A DNA stretch of 62,152 bases from the IMG/VR virus record IMGVR_UViG_3300023178_003128, positions 1 through 62,152 of that record; one strand, written 5' to 3'. Positions 35,425 through 45,813 of this stretch are shown piece after piece; the stretch's first letter is position 1; each line of letters opens with the position of its first letter. Below the pieces are notes generated by a model, which saw nothing but the letters and a program-made list of their open reading frames with translations, was not told where the DNA came from and searched no databases. Made by a program: the position numbers and the translations under genes. This DNA is from a virus. Lineage: Duplodnaviria; Caudoviricetes.

Positions 35425-35997
35425 TTAAAATTTCTTCCTTGATTCGCTATGAACTTGACTTGTTGTTGCACCAGTAAAGTTTTCTGCTGGTAACAACGCA
35501 GCTATGTCCCATTCATCAGCTTTAATTTCTAAAAAACTTGAACGCACTTGATTATACAAATATCTTTTAATACATGGAGTTGCTTCAAAAATGTTTGATG
35601 CAGCTTTTAAATAATCATATGTGATTCTAAATTTTGTTCTTTCATCATAGTTATCATTTGTTAGCGTCTCACTTAACTTATCTAACAAATTCATTCTAAA
35701 TTTAGGGTGAATATAGTGTAAATTCAAACCTAAAAATCCATCTTTATATTCTTCTACGGGTATAACTAAAGGAAAGTTATCATAATATCTCAATTTGTCT
35801 TTAGTTTTTGGGTCATAGAAGTAAAAATACATTTTACCAATAATTGTAGTATCTTTGTCAGCATATCTCATTAAAGATTTATTACTAACTCGCATTTCTT
35901 CAACTTTAGATAATAACCATTCACGAGCTTCACGAGTTCGTGGTGTTAAACCTTCTTTTGCTAAAGATTCTTTGATTCTATCAATTAAGTATGGCAT
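35425..35997 (-). CDS. gp2: DNA end protector gp2
   Basis: GKMYFYFYDPK.K.KL.YYD.FPLV, GFLGLNLHY, CIKRYL. Confidence 0.88.
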   Translation of the reverse strand: MPYLIDRIKESLAKEGLTPRTREAREWLLSKVEEMRVSNKSLMRYADKDTTIIGKMYFYFYDPKTKDKLRYYDNFPLVIPVEEYKDGFLGLNLHYIHPKFRMNLLDKLSETLTNDNYDERTKFRITYDYLKAASNIFEATPCIKRYLYNQVRSSFLEIKADEWDIAALLPAENFTGATTSQVHSESRKKF

Positions 35998-36002
35998 TTA
36001 TC

Positions 36003-36010
36003 TATTTATA
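36003..36010 (-). promoter_or_regulatory. late promoter (exact T4 consensus)
   Basis: TATAAATA on the minus strand immediately upstream of gp2. Confidence 0.7.
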
Positions 36011-36442
36011 CTAGATACCTAACTCTTTTTCAGTAATTAACATAAACTGCCAACCGTGTTCTTTGCAAAACAGGTCAGCTGCACGCCATTTCTCCTGATT
36101 GATAGCATATGCGATTGTTTCGTTGAGGAATGTTCTTGTTCTTCTTTTTTGGGTGGGTTTCTTTGTTTGTTTCTCTGGTTTAACTTCTAACATTAAAGTT
36201 TGTTCTTTACCTTCTTTTGTAAGAACTTTTGCAATAAAATCTGGAAAGTAACGATGTTTTTTATTATCAACAGGCGACACATATGGTATGGGCATCTCTT
36301 CACTCGCCCACCATATACAGTTTTTGTTTTCATCCAAATACTTCATAACACGGCGTTCCCAATTTGAACGATAAATAATGTTGAATGGGTCACCTTTATA
36401 TTTACTTGGATTTTTAGGAGTAAATTTTCCAGAATAAGGCAT
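36011..36442 (-). CDS. gp4: head completion nuclease gp4
   Basis: Y.GKF.PKNP.KY.GD..NIIYRS.WE, HRYFPDF, EVKP.KQT, N..KW.AA. Confidence 0.9.
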   Translation of the reverse strand: MPYSGKFTPKNPSKYKGDPFNIIYRSNWERRVMKYLDENKNCIWWASEEMPIPYVSPVDNKKHRYFPDFIAKVLTKEGKEQTLMLEVKPEKQTKKPTQKRRTRTFLNETIAYAINQEKWRAADLFCKEHGWQFMLITEKELGI

Positions 36443-36447
36443 AAATA
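36440..36447 (+). promoter_or_regulatory. late promoter
   Basis: CATAAATA upstream of the gp48 operon. Confidence 0.6.
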
Positions 36448-36484
36448 CTACTTATGCTAGATTTAATTACTCACGGATAAAAAT

Positions 36485-37882
36485 ATGTCACTTTTTGGCT
36501 TCGGCGATATCAAATTTAACAGTAGCGAACAATCAGGTTTTGGTCCTTTATCTGCTTTAGAAGGAACACAATATAAAAGAGATAGCTTTAGATATCCTAT
36601 TGATGTTGGTGCTTTTGATAAAGGACATTATATGGTCTTTTATATTCGTGAGCAAGATAAGTCAAGCGCTGTTGCTCCAGGCACAGGTAATGCAAAATCA
36701 ACAGATACGCCTGGTGGTATTCCAAGTAGTTTAGCAAGTTTTCAAAACATATCAACTGGTAGTGAAATAACCAATAAACTTGTTAGTGGTGTTAATCAAA
36801 TCAAATCTTCTGTTGGTAATTTAGGATTAGATAATATTGGTTCAAAATTAACAAATATGTCTTCCGGTGTTGGTGGTGGAATTCAAGGCAACTTAAATTC
36901 ACTGTTAAACAAAACAGGTTCAAGTGTTAAAAGTGGCCTTCAAAATATATTTGGCCAATCTCAAAATCTCTTAAAAGGTAGCGCACAATCAACAAACAAA
37001 ATAATTGAAGAGAATATCAAAGAAATAACAAACACAAAACTTATCAACACAACAAGATTAACAAAAGAATCTGTAGCACTGTATATGCCAGATACTTTAA
37101 TGTATAATCACACACAAAATTATGACCAAGCATCTTTAGGTTTAGCTGGTGGTATTGCAACAGCTGCTAAATCTATACTTGATGAATACCAAAAAAGTAA
37201 TCCAACTGATGCTGAATCGAAAAAAAATGCAGCTAATAAAGCTGCTATGAAAGGTTTATCAGAACTTGCTGGCGCTGGAGCTGTTAAAGGTGCAGGAGTG
37301 GCTGCTAGTTTATTAGGTGGTGATGCAGCTACAGGTCGTGCAGCTGCTATTGCTGCTGTTGGTATGATTGCTAATCCTATGTTAGAAATGGTTTATCAAT
37401 CTCCAAATTTCAGAACATTTCAATTTGATTTTATGTTTTATCCAAGAGATGAACAAGAAGCTATTCAAGTTCAAAATATTATTGATAGATTTAAATATCA
37501 CCAAGCACCAGAATATGGAGGTGATGGTGAAGGTCGTTCTTTAACATTAAGACCACCATCAGAATTTGATATTAAATTTTATTATGGTGCAGGAGAAAAC
37601 CCAAACATTCCTGCAATTGCACCTGGTTCAGTATTAACAACAATTGATGTCAATTATGCACCTAATGGTTGGTCAGCATATGAAGTTCCCGGTGAAAATA
37701 TTGCTTCTCTAGGTAGAACTGGTATGCCAACAGCTATTCAATTAACATTACAATTTACAGAAACAATGATTCTTACAAAAAGTGATTTACGAAATCCTAA
37801 CGGCAAAAAGAAATCAATTGGAAATGATGTTCCGGGCCAAAGAGCAATTACTCCTTCGGGCACAATAGGACCAAAATTTTAG
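36485..37882 (+). CDS. gp48: baseplate tail-tube cap gp48
   Basis: LYMP, NP.LE..Y.SP.FR.FQF.F.FYPR...EA, L.L.FTE...LTK. Confidence 0.8.
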   Translation: MSLFGFGDIKFNSSEQSGFGPLSALEGTQYKRDSFRYPIDVGAFDKGHYMVFYIREQDKSSAVAPGTGNAKSTDTPGGIPSSLASFQNISTGSEITNKLVSGVNQIKSSVGNLGLDNIGSKLTNMSSGVGGGIQGNLNSLLNKTGSSVKSGLQNIFGQSQNLLKGSAQSTNKIIEENIKEITNTKLINTTRLTKESVALYMPDTLMYNHTQNYDQASLGLAGGIATAAKSILDEYQKSNPTDAESKKNAANKAAMKGLSELAGAGAVKGAGVAASLLGGDAATGRAAAIAAVGMIANPMLEMVYQSPNFRTFQFDFMFYPRDEQEAIQVQNIIDRFKYHQAPEYGGDGEGRSLTLRPPSEFDIKFYYGAGENPNIPAIAPGSVLTTIDVNYAPNGWSAYEVPGENIASLGRTGMPTAIQLTLQFTETMILTKSDLRNPNGKKKSIGNDVPGQRAITPSGTIGPKF

Positions 37883-37890
37883 GATAAAAA

Positions 37891-38541
37891 ATGGCTAGAT
37901 ATTTTAATTACTTTCCAAAAACACCATATACAAGTAATACACAAACCGGTGGTGTAGAAACTGTAACTAATGTTATTACACGATTTGGATTTGAAAAAGA
38001 ACTCAAAGAAAATCAAAACGCTTTCTACAAATACACAATTAAAGATAGTGATACTCCTGAAATTATTGCACACAAGTATTATGGTCATTCAGAAAGACAT
38101 TGGATAGTTTTATTATTTAATGACATTATAGACCCACAATACGACTGGCCATTAAAGTATGATGAATTTATAGATTATGTAACAGAAAAGTATTCAGCTA
38201 ATGGTGCAGCTAATACAACAGTTCAAACTGGATTAGAATGGTGCCAAGATGTAAATAATATCCATTCATATTATAAGATTGTTACTAGAACAGCATCAGA
38301 CGGAACAACAATAACAGAAAAACTTGAAGTTGATGCTAACACATATGCTAATGTGGGTGCATCAGAAACATCATATACATTGTCAGATAGTTCGACAATT
38401 ACCGAAACAATTTCAACTGAAACAAAAACATATTACACATATGAACAAGAAGAAAATGAAGCAAAACGAGAAATTAATTTGTTGAAGAGTAATTTTGTTT
38501 CAGCTGTTGAAGATGAATTTAAAAGAGTTGTGAAAACATAA
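37891..38541 (+). CDS. gp53: baseplate wedge subunit gp53
   Basis: YF..FP, Y.I.D.DTPEIIA.KYYG....HWIVLL.N.I.DP..DWPL, YE..ENE.KR.I. Confidence 0.85.
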   Translation: MARYFNYFPKTPYTSNTQTGGVETVTNVITRFGFEKELKENQNAFYKYTIKDSDTPEIIAHKYYGHSERHWIVLLFNDIIDPQYDWPLKYDEFIDYVTEKYSANGAANTTVQTGLEWCQDVNNIHSYYKIVTRTASDGTTITEKLEVDANTYANVGASETSYTLSDSSTITETISTETKTYYTYEQEENEAKREINLLKSNFVSAVEDEFKRVVKT

Positions 38542-39878
38542 TGAGTGAATTGTCTGTTAGTCAATCGACCGACTTTTATCTTGAGCAAGTTGCAATAGTT
38601 ACAAAATCGGGAACAATTGACATTAAAGAAATCTTTGAGGAAATAAGTGTGTTTGATTCTTTATTTCTTCCTGTAATCAATGGTCAAATTATGATTACAG
38701 ATTCTCTTGGTTTATCAAATAAACTTCTTTTTGATGGTTCAGAAACATTATTAATTACAATTAAAAAAGATATAAATTCGGATGTAGCTTCATTCAGAAA
38801 AGCATTTCGCATTTACAAACAAACCAATAGAAGAAATCTAAATCAAGGAACAGAATCATACATTCTTCATTTTGTTTCAGATGAACTTTTATTTTCAGAC
38901 CAACAAAGAGTTAATCAAAGCTATACAGGAAAATATTCAGAAATAGTTGAGCGAATTATGCTTGATTATTTAAAAATACCAAAAAATAACTTAACGGGTT
39001 TATACCAAGACACAGCTGGTGTTAGAAAAGTTGTTATACCTAATCTTAGACCAATAGAAGCAATTGAATGGTGTTCAAAAAGAGCCGTTGATTTAGAAAG
39101 CTCACCAAATTATGTTTTCTTTCAAAATATTTCTGGTTATAATTTTGTTTCATTATCAAAATTGCTAACTTTACCTGAAATATTGGATGTGAAGTTTCAA
39201 CCAAAAAACACATCAAACGAAAATAGTTTATCTGAAATATCTTCTGCTAGAAGTTTTGAGGTTGTTAGTCAAAATGATTCTATGGAGAAAATAAGAAGTG
39301 GTGTTAATGCTGGTAAATTTATAGGATTTGATCCATTAACAAGAACGGTCAGTTCAAGAGGTATAAGTTTTTTAGATGTTTATAGTTCAATGAAACATGG
39401 AAATGATAAACCCAATGCTTCAGATGTAAAAAATAGAGCGGGTGAAAGTATATACCAAGCTTTTGATTCACACAAAGTTGTTAATATTGTTGGTACAGCA
39501 AGAAAATATAGTGAGTATATCAAAGCAAAAGACCCAACTTCTTTAACTTATGTTGAAGATTATGAGAATCAAATACTACAACGAAAAGCTATACTAAAAC
39601 ATTTAATGTCTAAAAGATTAAAGTTTGTTATGCCTGGTAATTTTCAATTATCATCCGGTTTTAATGTCAATGTTATGATTCCAGAATTAGGATTACAAGA
39701 ATCAAATGTATCAGAAGAAGATAAAACACTGAGTGGTCGCCATTTGATTGTTAATTCAAGGCAAATTATTACATTTGATAAACACGAAACAATTATTGAA
39801 GTAGCATCAACATCAACAAATCAAGAATTTATTGCATCTGATAATCCAAATCAAACAGCTGCAATACAAGAATATTAA
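38541..39878 (+). CDS. baseplate hub protein (gp27-like)
   Basis: Position between gp53 and gp5; VVIPNLRP..AI.W, LSGR.LI. Confidence 0.65.
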   Translation: MSELSVSQSTDFYLEQVAIVTKSGTIDIKEIFEEISVFDSLFLPVINGQIMITDSLGLSNKLLFDGSETLLITIKKDINSDVASFRKAFRIYKQTNRRNLNQGTESYILHFVSDELLFSDQQRVNQSYTGKYSEIVERIMLDYLKIPKNNLTGLYQDTAGVRKVVIPNLRPIEAIEWCSKRAVDLESSPNYVFFQNISGYNFVSLSKLLTLPEILDVKFQPKNTSNENSLSEISSARSFEVVSQNDSMEKIRSGVNAGKFIGFDPLTRTVSSRGISFLDVYSSMKHGNDKPNASDVKNRAGESIYQAFDSHKVVNIVGTARKYSEYIKAKDPTSLTYVEDYENQILQRKAILKHLMSKRLKFVMPGNFQLSSGFNVNVMIPELGLQESNVSEEDKTLSGRHLIVNSRQIITFDKHETIIEVASTSTNQEFIASDNPNQTAAIQEY

Positions 39879-39879
39879 T

Positions 39880-40869
39880 ATGGAAAACCAAGATAAAAAG
39901 AACTTTGCTGGTAAAAACGGATTCACTTGGTGGGTTGGTATTGTAGAAGATAGAAAAGACCCAATCAAACTTGGCCGTTGTCGTGTTCGTTGTGTTGGTT
40001 GGCACGCTGATGATAAGATGAGATTGCCAACAAAAGATTTGCCATGGGCAACTCCTTCTTTTCCTGTAAATGATAACAACACATTTGTACCAAAAGAAGG
40101 TGATATGGTTTTTGGTTTTTTTGTTGATGGAGAAAATGCACAAGAACCAGTAATGTTAGGTGTGTTGCCTAATATTCCATTGTTTGCAGCTGATAGACAA
40201 AAAGCTTACAATGACCCACGAACAGATGCTGAGTTAGCTAATGCACCTAGACCGCCACAATCAAAGTCATATGTAAAAGATGGTTCAGGTATTGTTATAA
40301 CAGAACAAAGTCAAGCAACTTTAAATCCAAATATACTTGATGAGCCAACAACATCTCGTATTGCAAGAAATGATAGCGATACAATTACAAAGACTTATAT
40401 ACAAGAAAGAAAAGATGAGATTGTAACAGGCGTTCCAACATATAACTCAACATGGTCTGAACCCGAAACAAAGTATGATGCACAATATCCTTATAATCGT
40501 GTAACAGAAACGGAATCAGGTCATGTATTTGAAGTTGATGATACACCAGGTAAAGAAAGAATACATCAAGCACACCGTAATGGTTCATTTCAGGAATGGT
40601 TTCCTGATGGTGACAAAGTAGAGAAAGTCACAAAAGATAACTATGAGATTGTTTATGGTGATGATAATGTTTATATTATGGGAAAATGTAATGTGACTGT
40701 TCAAGGTGATGCTGAAGTTTATGTAAAAGAAAATGCTTATCTAAAAGTGGATAAAAATGTTGAAGTAACCGTTGGTGGAAACTATAATGAAAAAGTTAGT
40801 GGAACTTATACAGTAACATCGGGTGGCAATATGAAGTTTGTTGCACCAAGAATTGACTTTAACCCATGA
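39880..40869 (+). CDS. gp5: baseplate hub/spike gp5 (OB-fold + beta-helix, no lysozyme domain)
   Basis: WWVG.VEDR.DP..LGR.RVR, LPWA, V.GFF.DG..AQ.P, YPYN.V.ETESGH..E.DDTPG.ERI. Confidence 0.9.
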   Translation: MENQDKKNFAGKNGFTWWVGIVEDRKDPIKLGRCRVRCVGWHADDKMRLPTKDLPWATPSFPVNDNNTFVPKEGDMVFGFFVDGENAQEPVMLGVLPNIPLFAADRQKAYNDPRTDAELANAPRPPQSKSYVKDGSGIVITEQSQATLNPNILDEPTTSRIARNDSDTITKTYIQERKDEIVTGVPTYNSTWSEPETKYDAQYPYNRVTETESGHVFEVDDTPGKERIHQAHRNGSFQEWFPDGDKVEKVTKDNYEIVYGDDNVYIMGKCNVTVQGDAEVYVKENAYLKVDKNVEVTVGGNYNEKVSGTYTVTSGGNMKFVAPRIDFNP

Positions 40870-41075
40870 GAAACGAATTTGTAGTATTGGTTGATGGTGA
40901 AATAAAAACTTATCGTAGGTTTGAAGATATTCCAGAAAAAATTGATAATGTAATTAAGTTCTCACCTAAAGTACCAAAAGCGCCACACAATCAACATCAA
41001 CATGATGAGATGTCGGTGTGGAATGAAAAATTAAAAGAGTTATTGGCAAGAGAAACAAATGGCAACAATACTTGA
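40866..41075 (+). CDS. small gp5-associated hypothetical protein
   Basis: Y..FEDIP..IDNVIKF.P..P..PH...QH.E pattern, coupled to gp5. Confidence 0.65.
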   Translation: MRNEFVVLVDGEIKTYRRFEDIPEKIDNVIKFSPKVPKAPHNQHQHDEMSVWNEKLKELLARETNGNNT

Positions 41076-41640
41076 ACCAAATCAATTGAGTTCGGTTGTA
41101 AGAGAAACTAATTTTACAGCAACAATTACTGCTAATGCCAATGGTTCTTCGATTACATCTGTAACAGCAACTTTAGATGTTGACGATCCTGGAATTATTA
41201 TAACTTCTGGACCAGGAACAGATAATGTAACAATATCTGGTCAACACACATCAGCGTTTACTGATACAGCTACATATGTTGTAAAAGGCAGTAGTGATAA
41301 ATTATCTACGCCAATTACAATTACTGGTGATTTAAATAATGATTTACCTGAACAACAAGATGTGTATGTTTATAAACCGGATCCAAGAGGTAGTATAACA
41401 CGAACTTTCAATGTTGTTGTTACAACAGCGGGTTCAACAGAAACAATACCAATCACACAAGTGGTTGAGAATAATATACAAGGTTTTACAACATTCATAC
41501 ACAATTATTTTGCATATGAAAGAGGACAACCAACAGGAAATATTGAAACGGATGCTTACATAGAATGGACTAATCAATACAATGAAATTATTGATTGGAA
41601 AACAAATGATAATAAAACAACTTTGTGGACACAAAACTGA
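41059..41640 (+). CDS. putative structural protein
   Basis: Thr-rich beta-type composition within the baseplate operon. Confidence 0.55.
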   Translation: MATILEPNQLSSVVRETNFTATITANANGSSITSVTATLDVDDPGIIITSGPGTDNVTISGQHTSAFTDTATYVVKGSSDKLSTPITITGDLNNDLPEQQDVYVYKPDPRGSITRTFNVVVTTAGSTETIPITQVVENNIQGFTTFIHNYFAYERGQPTGNIETDAYIEWTNQYNEIIDWKTNDNKTTLWTQN

Positions 41641-42779
41641 TGGCTATAAACAATACATTTACAGATAGATATCCTTCAATACCATTATCGGAGTTGGATG
41701 AAAATTTTGAACAGGTTGATTTAGCTTTCAATCACGCTAATGGTTCATTTACTCATGCCAATTCAGCTTTTGCCACAGCAAATACAAAACTAGCAAGCGC
41801 CGGTGGAACTTTAACGGGTAATTTGATATTTGGTGATAATGTTAAGATACAATTAGGAAATCAACCAGATTTACAAATATATCATGATGGCACTAATAGT
41901 TATATTGAAGATACTGGTGCAGGATACTTAATATTAGGTGGCCAAGATACAGGCGTAATTATTCAATCTAATAGTGGTGGTAATTTACTTTTAACAAGTG
42001 GATATGATGTTGCTTTAAATTACAATGGAGGCCAAAGATTAATTACAACTTCAACTGGTATACAAGTTGATAAAAGTATTCACATTAAAAGCACTGATGC
42101 AACCAACGATGAAACATTTATTTTAATAGAACAAGATAATGGATCTGGTGATTTAGATTCAGAAAAATCCTATATTGATTTTAGTTTTGTTGATGGTAAT
42201 GCTAATTTTACTCCTCAGGTTCGAATTGGTGCAGAAGTTGGAAGTGGAGATGGAAACGCTAGTGATCTTGGAGAAGAGGGATCTGGAGCTTTTGTTGTTG
42301 AAACCGCACTAGGTATAACAGATGGTACAGGAGCATTAAATCAAAACTTTAGAGTTAATCATACAGGAAATGTAACCAAACCAAATCATTGTGCATTTAA
42401 GGTTTATGGTGACACTAATAATACAGCACTAACCGGTACAATTACTTGGGATCAAGTAAGTATTGACAGAGGTAATGATTTTGATTTAACAAATAATAGG
42501 TTTGTAGCTCCAGTAGATGGTGTTTACTTCTTTGAACACCATAATCTAGCGGGTAATAATGGTAATGTAGCAAATGATATTGGGTTTTATAAAAACGGCG
42601 CTTTTCTTGCTGGTACCAGAGTAAGACAACACGAAGACGGAACAGGCTGGAATACATACAATATTGCAAGCGTATTAGACATGAGCGCTGGTGATACATT
42701 AGAAGTTAGAGTGATTACAGGAGCGGTGTATCATAACAGTAACTCATGGACTGTATTTCAAGGATTTTTAATAGGATAA
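41640..42779 (+). CDS. fibre-like protein with C-terminal C1q domain
   Basis: G.LTGNL.FGDN.K..LG...DLQIYHDG.NSYI fibre motif; F.APVDGVY.F...L.M.AGD...F.GFLIG C1q signature. Confidence 0.75.
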   Translation: MAINNTFTDRYPSIPLSELDENFEQVDLAFNHANGSFTHANSAFATANTKLASAGGTLTGNLIFGDNVKIQLGNQPDLQIYHDGTNSYIEDTGAGYLILGGQDTGVIIQSNSGGNLLLTSGYDVALNYNGGQRLITTSTGIQVDKSIHIKSTDATNDETFILIEQDNGSGDLDSEKSYIDFSFVDGNANFTPQVRIGAEVGSGDGNASDLGEEGSGAFVVETALGITDGTGALNQNFRVNHTGNVTKPNHCAFKVYGDTNNTALTGTITWDQVSIDRGNDFDLTNNRFVAPVDGVYFFEHHNLAGNNGNVANDIGFYKNGAFLAGTRVRQHEDGTGWNTYNIASVLDMSAGDTLEVRVITGAVYHNSNSWTVFQGFLIG

Positions 42780-42782
42780 AAA

Positions 42783-43043
42783 ATGACAGATATAACAATA
42801 ACATTAACGGATACGGAATATAAATCTTTAGAATATGTATCTATTTCTCCACAACAATGGTCAGAAAATGCTGTAAAAAATAGAGCAAGAAAAGCTAAAG
42901 ATGAAATTATAAAACAACTTATTGCTCATTGTAATGCTAATTCAATTGCTCTTGCTGTTGGAGAAGATGCTCAAGTTCAACAAGCATATGATTTAGAAAT
43001 CATTGAAACGGCTGCACAAAGAAATACAATACAGGATCCATAA
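42783..43043 (+). CDS. small protein accompanying the C1q fibre
   Basis: ITITLTD.E.K.L....PQ.W..NA..NRAR.A.DEI. Confidence 0.6.
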   Translation: MTDITITLTDTEYKSLEYVSISPQQWSENAVKNRARKAKDEIIKQLIAHCNANSIALAVGEDAQVQQAYDLEIIETAAQRNTIQDP

Positions 43044-43333
43044 TGCCAGCAGCCACAAGAATTGGAGATTTAGATATAACACACTGTTCAACACCAGCAC
43101 GAGCCGTTGGTTCTGGTAATGTTTTTGTTAATAGTATTCCTTGGTCAAGACAAGGTGATATCAATACTCCTCATTTATTACCTGGCAGTCCTTGTCCTAC
43201 CCATGTAGCTCCAATTGCAACAGGTTCATCAACAGTTTTTGTAAATAGTAAAGGCGCAGGAAGAGTGGGTGATGCTGTATCAGGATGTACCTCAGTTGCA
43301 CAAGGATCACCTAATGTTTTTGCAGGCGGATGA
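43043..43333 (+). CDS. PAAR spike tip protein gp5.4
   Basis: MPAATRIGD...H, GS.TVFVN...RVGD...C..VAQGSPNVFAG. Confidence 0.9.
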   Translation: MPAATRIGDLDITHCSTPARAVGSGNVFVNSIPWSRQGDINTPHLLPGSPCPTHVAPIATGSSTVFVNSKGAGRVGDAVSGCTSVAQGSPNVFAGG

Positions 43334-43345
43334 GATAAATAGAAC

Positions 43346-43750
43346 ATGGCAACCGTAAACATAGACACAAATAGAACCTTTAAAGACTTGGATTTGAATT
43401 TCAATATTCATCCAGTGAAGAAGGATATTAATACTCATAGCAATGAATATGCTATTATCAATTCTATTAAAAATCTTGTATTAACAAACCACTATGAAAG
43501 ACCATTTCAACCAAACATTGGAAGTAATATAAGACAATTATTGTTTGATAATTTAGATGCAGTAACAGCAGCTAGTATTCAGAGAGAAATAGAAGAAACA
43601 ATTAATAACTTTGAGCCTCGTGCAGGTATATCAAATGTGAATGTAGTAGCTTCACCTGATGAGAACGGATATAAAGTAGAACTAGAGTTTTTTGTATTGA
43701 ACAATACTTCACCGGTTACAATTAACTTTTTCTTAGAGAGAATTAGATAA
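43346..43750 (+). CDS. gp25: baseplate wedge gp25
   Basis: FKDLDL.F..HP...D, SIKNLVLT...ERPFQP..GS, FEPR; GATAAATA late motif at 43334. Confidence 0.9.
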   Translation: MATVNIDTNRTFKDLDLNFNIHPVKKDINTHSNEYAIINSIKNLVLTNHYERPFQPNIGSNIRQLLFDNLDAVTAASIQREIEETINNFEPRAGISNVNVVASPDENGYKVELEFFVLNNTSPVTINFFLERIR

Positions 43751-43752
43751 AA

Positions 43753-45813
43753 ATGGCAGACAGACTAAGAATAACGGAACTTGATTTTGATACCATCAAA
43801 GCCAATTTAAAGGGCTTTTTAAATCAACAATCAACATTTACAGATTATGACTTTGATGGTTCAGGTCTTTCAATATTATTAGATATTTTAGCATATAATA
43901 CACACTATAATGCTTACTATCTAAACATGGTAGCTAATGAAGCGTTTTTAGATACCGCTTTGTTAAGAGATTCTGCCGTTTCTCACGCAAAGACTTTAGG
44001 TTATACACCTTATTCTAATCGCTCATCTGTTGCAACTATTAATTTTGAAGCTACATCAACTAATAATAATTCGGGAACATTAACATTACCCGCTGGTTTT
44101 TCATTCTTATCAGAATCAATTGATAATAAATCATATAACTTTATTGTTTTGGATGATACAACGGTTACAAAGGCTAATTCAAGTTATTTGTTTGAAAACC
44201 TTTCTTTATATGAAGGTCAATATGTAACTTATGTTTTTAACTATAATGAATCATCTAATCCAAAAGCAGTATTTACTATACCAGATAATAGCATTGATAC
44301 AACAACTATTAGTGTTACTGTTCAACAATCATCAAGTAATACATCAGCAACAACATATAATAAAGTAACCGAAGTTTTAGATATTGGACCAAACTCAGAT
44401 GTATTCTTTTTACAAGAAGAAAGAAATGGTCGTTATCAAATTTATTTTGGCAATGGGGCTGTTGGTAAAAAATTACCAGATGGTGCAGTTATTAATGTAA
44501 ATTATGTTGTTACGAATGGTTCAATTGCAAATAAAGCCAATAATTTTGTAGCAACATCGTCAGTATCCGATTCACTATCAGAATCACTATCATCTTTTGT
44601 GGTTACACCAATTAGTGCAGCTGCTGGTGGTGCAGAAAGAGAGAGTGTTGACAATATTAAATATTCTTCTTCAGCTCAATTTTCATCACAAAATCGTTTA
44701 GTATCATATAAAGACTATGAAACATATATTTTAGCTAACTACCCAAACATCTCATCAATTTCGGTTTGGGGTGGAGAAGAAAATGAACCACCAGTTTATG
44801 GTAAAGTTTTTGTCTCAATGAAACCTAGAGACAATTATTATATATCAGAAACAGAAAAACAAAGAATTATTGACGAAATTATTTCACCAAAAGCTATTGT
44901 AGCTGTTTCAACGCAAATATTGGATCCAGAATATCTATACTTAATTGTAGAAGCTGATGTTGAATATGATCCTAAGAAAACAACACTTACTGAAACTGCT
45001 TTAAAAACAGCAATTAGAAATGCCTTATTAAATTATAAGGCAACATATTTAAATAAATTTGAATCGAGATATGCTCATTCTAAAGTAGAACAAGATATTG
45101 ATGCTGTTCAAAGAAATGCAATCATTGGATGTGAAACCATTGTTCGAGCACAAAAAAGATTTACACCATCATTATTATCACAGACAAGTTATACGATTGA
45201 TTTTAATATTCCTTTACATAGAGGAACAATTACAAATAAATTAACATCAACAACTTTTGACATTTATGATTCAAATGGCACCAGACGGACTGTATTTTTA
45301 GAAGAAGTTCCACAATCATATTCTGGTGTTGCTTCAATTGAAATTACAAATCCTGGTACAGGATACACATCAGCGCCAACCGTAACCATCACCGGTGATG
45401 GTACAGGCGCTACGGCTGAAGCTGTTATTGTTAATGGTTCAATACAATCAATAAACATTACAAATAGAGGTATTGACTATACTCGAGCTATTGTATCAAT
45501 ATCTGGTGGCAATGGTTATGGTGGTGCAGGTAACGCTGTCATTGACGCTAGAACTGGTGTTTTAAGAACATCTTACTATGATGCTACAGCACAGAGACAG
45601 ATTGTAAATTCAACAGCTGGTGAAATAAATTATGATACAGGAAGAATTACAATTAATGATGTTAATATTTTATCTGTTTCCGACACAAATGGCCAAATAA
45701 GGTTAACAATTGAATCGGAAGAGGGAATTATTGAGACACAAAAAAATACAATTATTACAATCGATGAAACTGACCCAACATCAATTGTTACTAACCTAAC
45801 TAAACTAGATTAA
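43753..45813 (+). CDS. gp6: baseplate wedge gp6
   Basis: ELDFD.IK.NLK.FL..Q..F.DYDF.GSGL..LLD.LAYNTHY, QNRLV...DY, VWGGE...PP.YGKVF. Confidence 0.92.
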   Translation: MADRLRITELDFDTIKANLKGFLNQQSTFTDYDFDGSGLSILLDILAYNTHYNAYYLNMVANEAFLDTALLRDSAVSHAKTLGYTPYSNRSSVATINFEATSTNNNSGTLTLPAGFSFLSESIDNKSYNFIVLDDTTVTKANSSYLFENLSLYEGQYVTYVFNYNESSNPKAVFTIPDNSIDTTTISVTVQQSSSNTSATTYNKVTEVLDIGPNSDVFFLQEERNGRYQIYFGNGAVGKKLPDGAVINVNYVVTNGSIANKANNFVATSSVSDSLSESLSSFVVTPISAAAGGAERESVDNIKYSSSAQFSSQNRLVSYKDYETYILANYPNISSISVWGGEENEPPVYGKVFVSMKPRDNYYISETEKQRIIDEIISPKAIVAVSTQILDPEYLYLIVEADVEYDPKKTTLTETALKTAIRNALLNYKATYLNKFESRYAHSKVEQDIDAVQRNAIIGCETIVRAQKRFTPSLLSQTSYTIDFNIPLHRGTITNKLTSTTFDIYDSNGTRRTVFLEEVPQSYSGVASIEITNPGTGYTSAPTVTITGDGTGATAEAVIVNGSIQSINITNRGIDYTRAIVSISGGNGYGGAGNAVIDARTGVLRTSYYDATAQRQIVNSTAGEINYDTGRITINDVNILSVSDTNGQIRLTIESEEGIIETQKNTIITIDETDPTSIVTNLTKLD

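Noticed and set aside
36011-36442. TnsA transposase or homing endonuclease
   Set aside because: Sequence and position match the T4 gp4 head-completion nuclease; no mobile-element ends.
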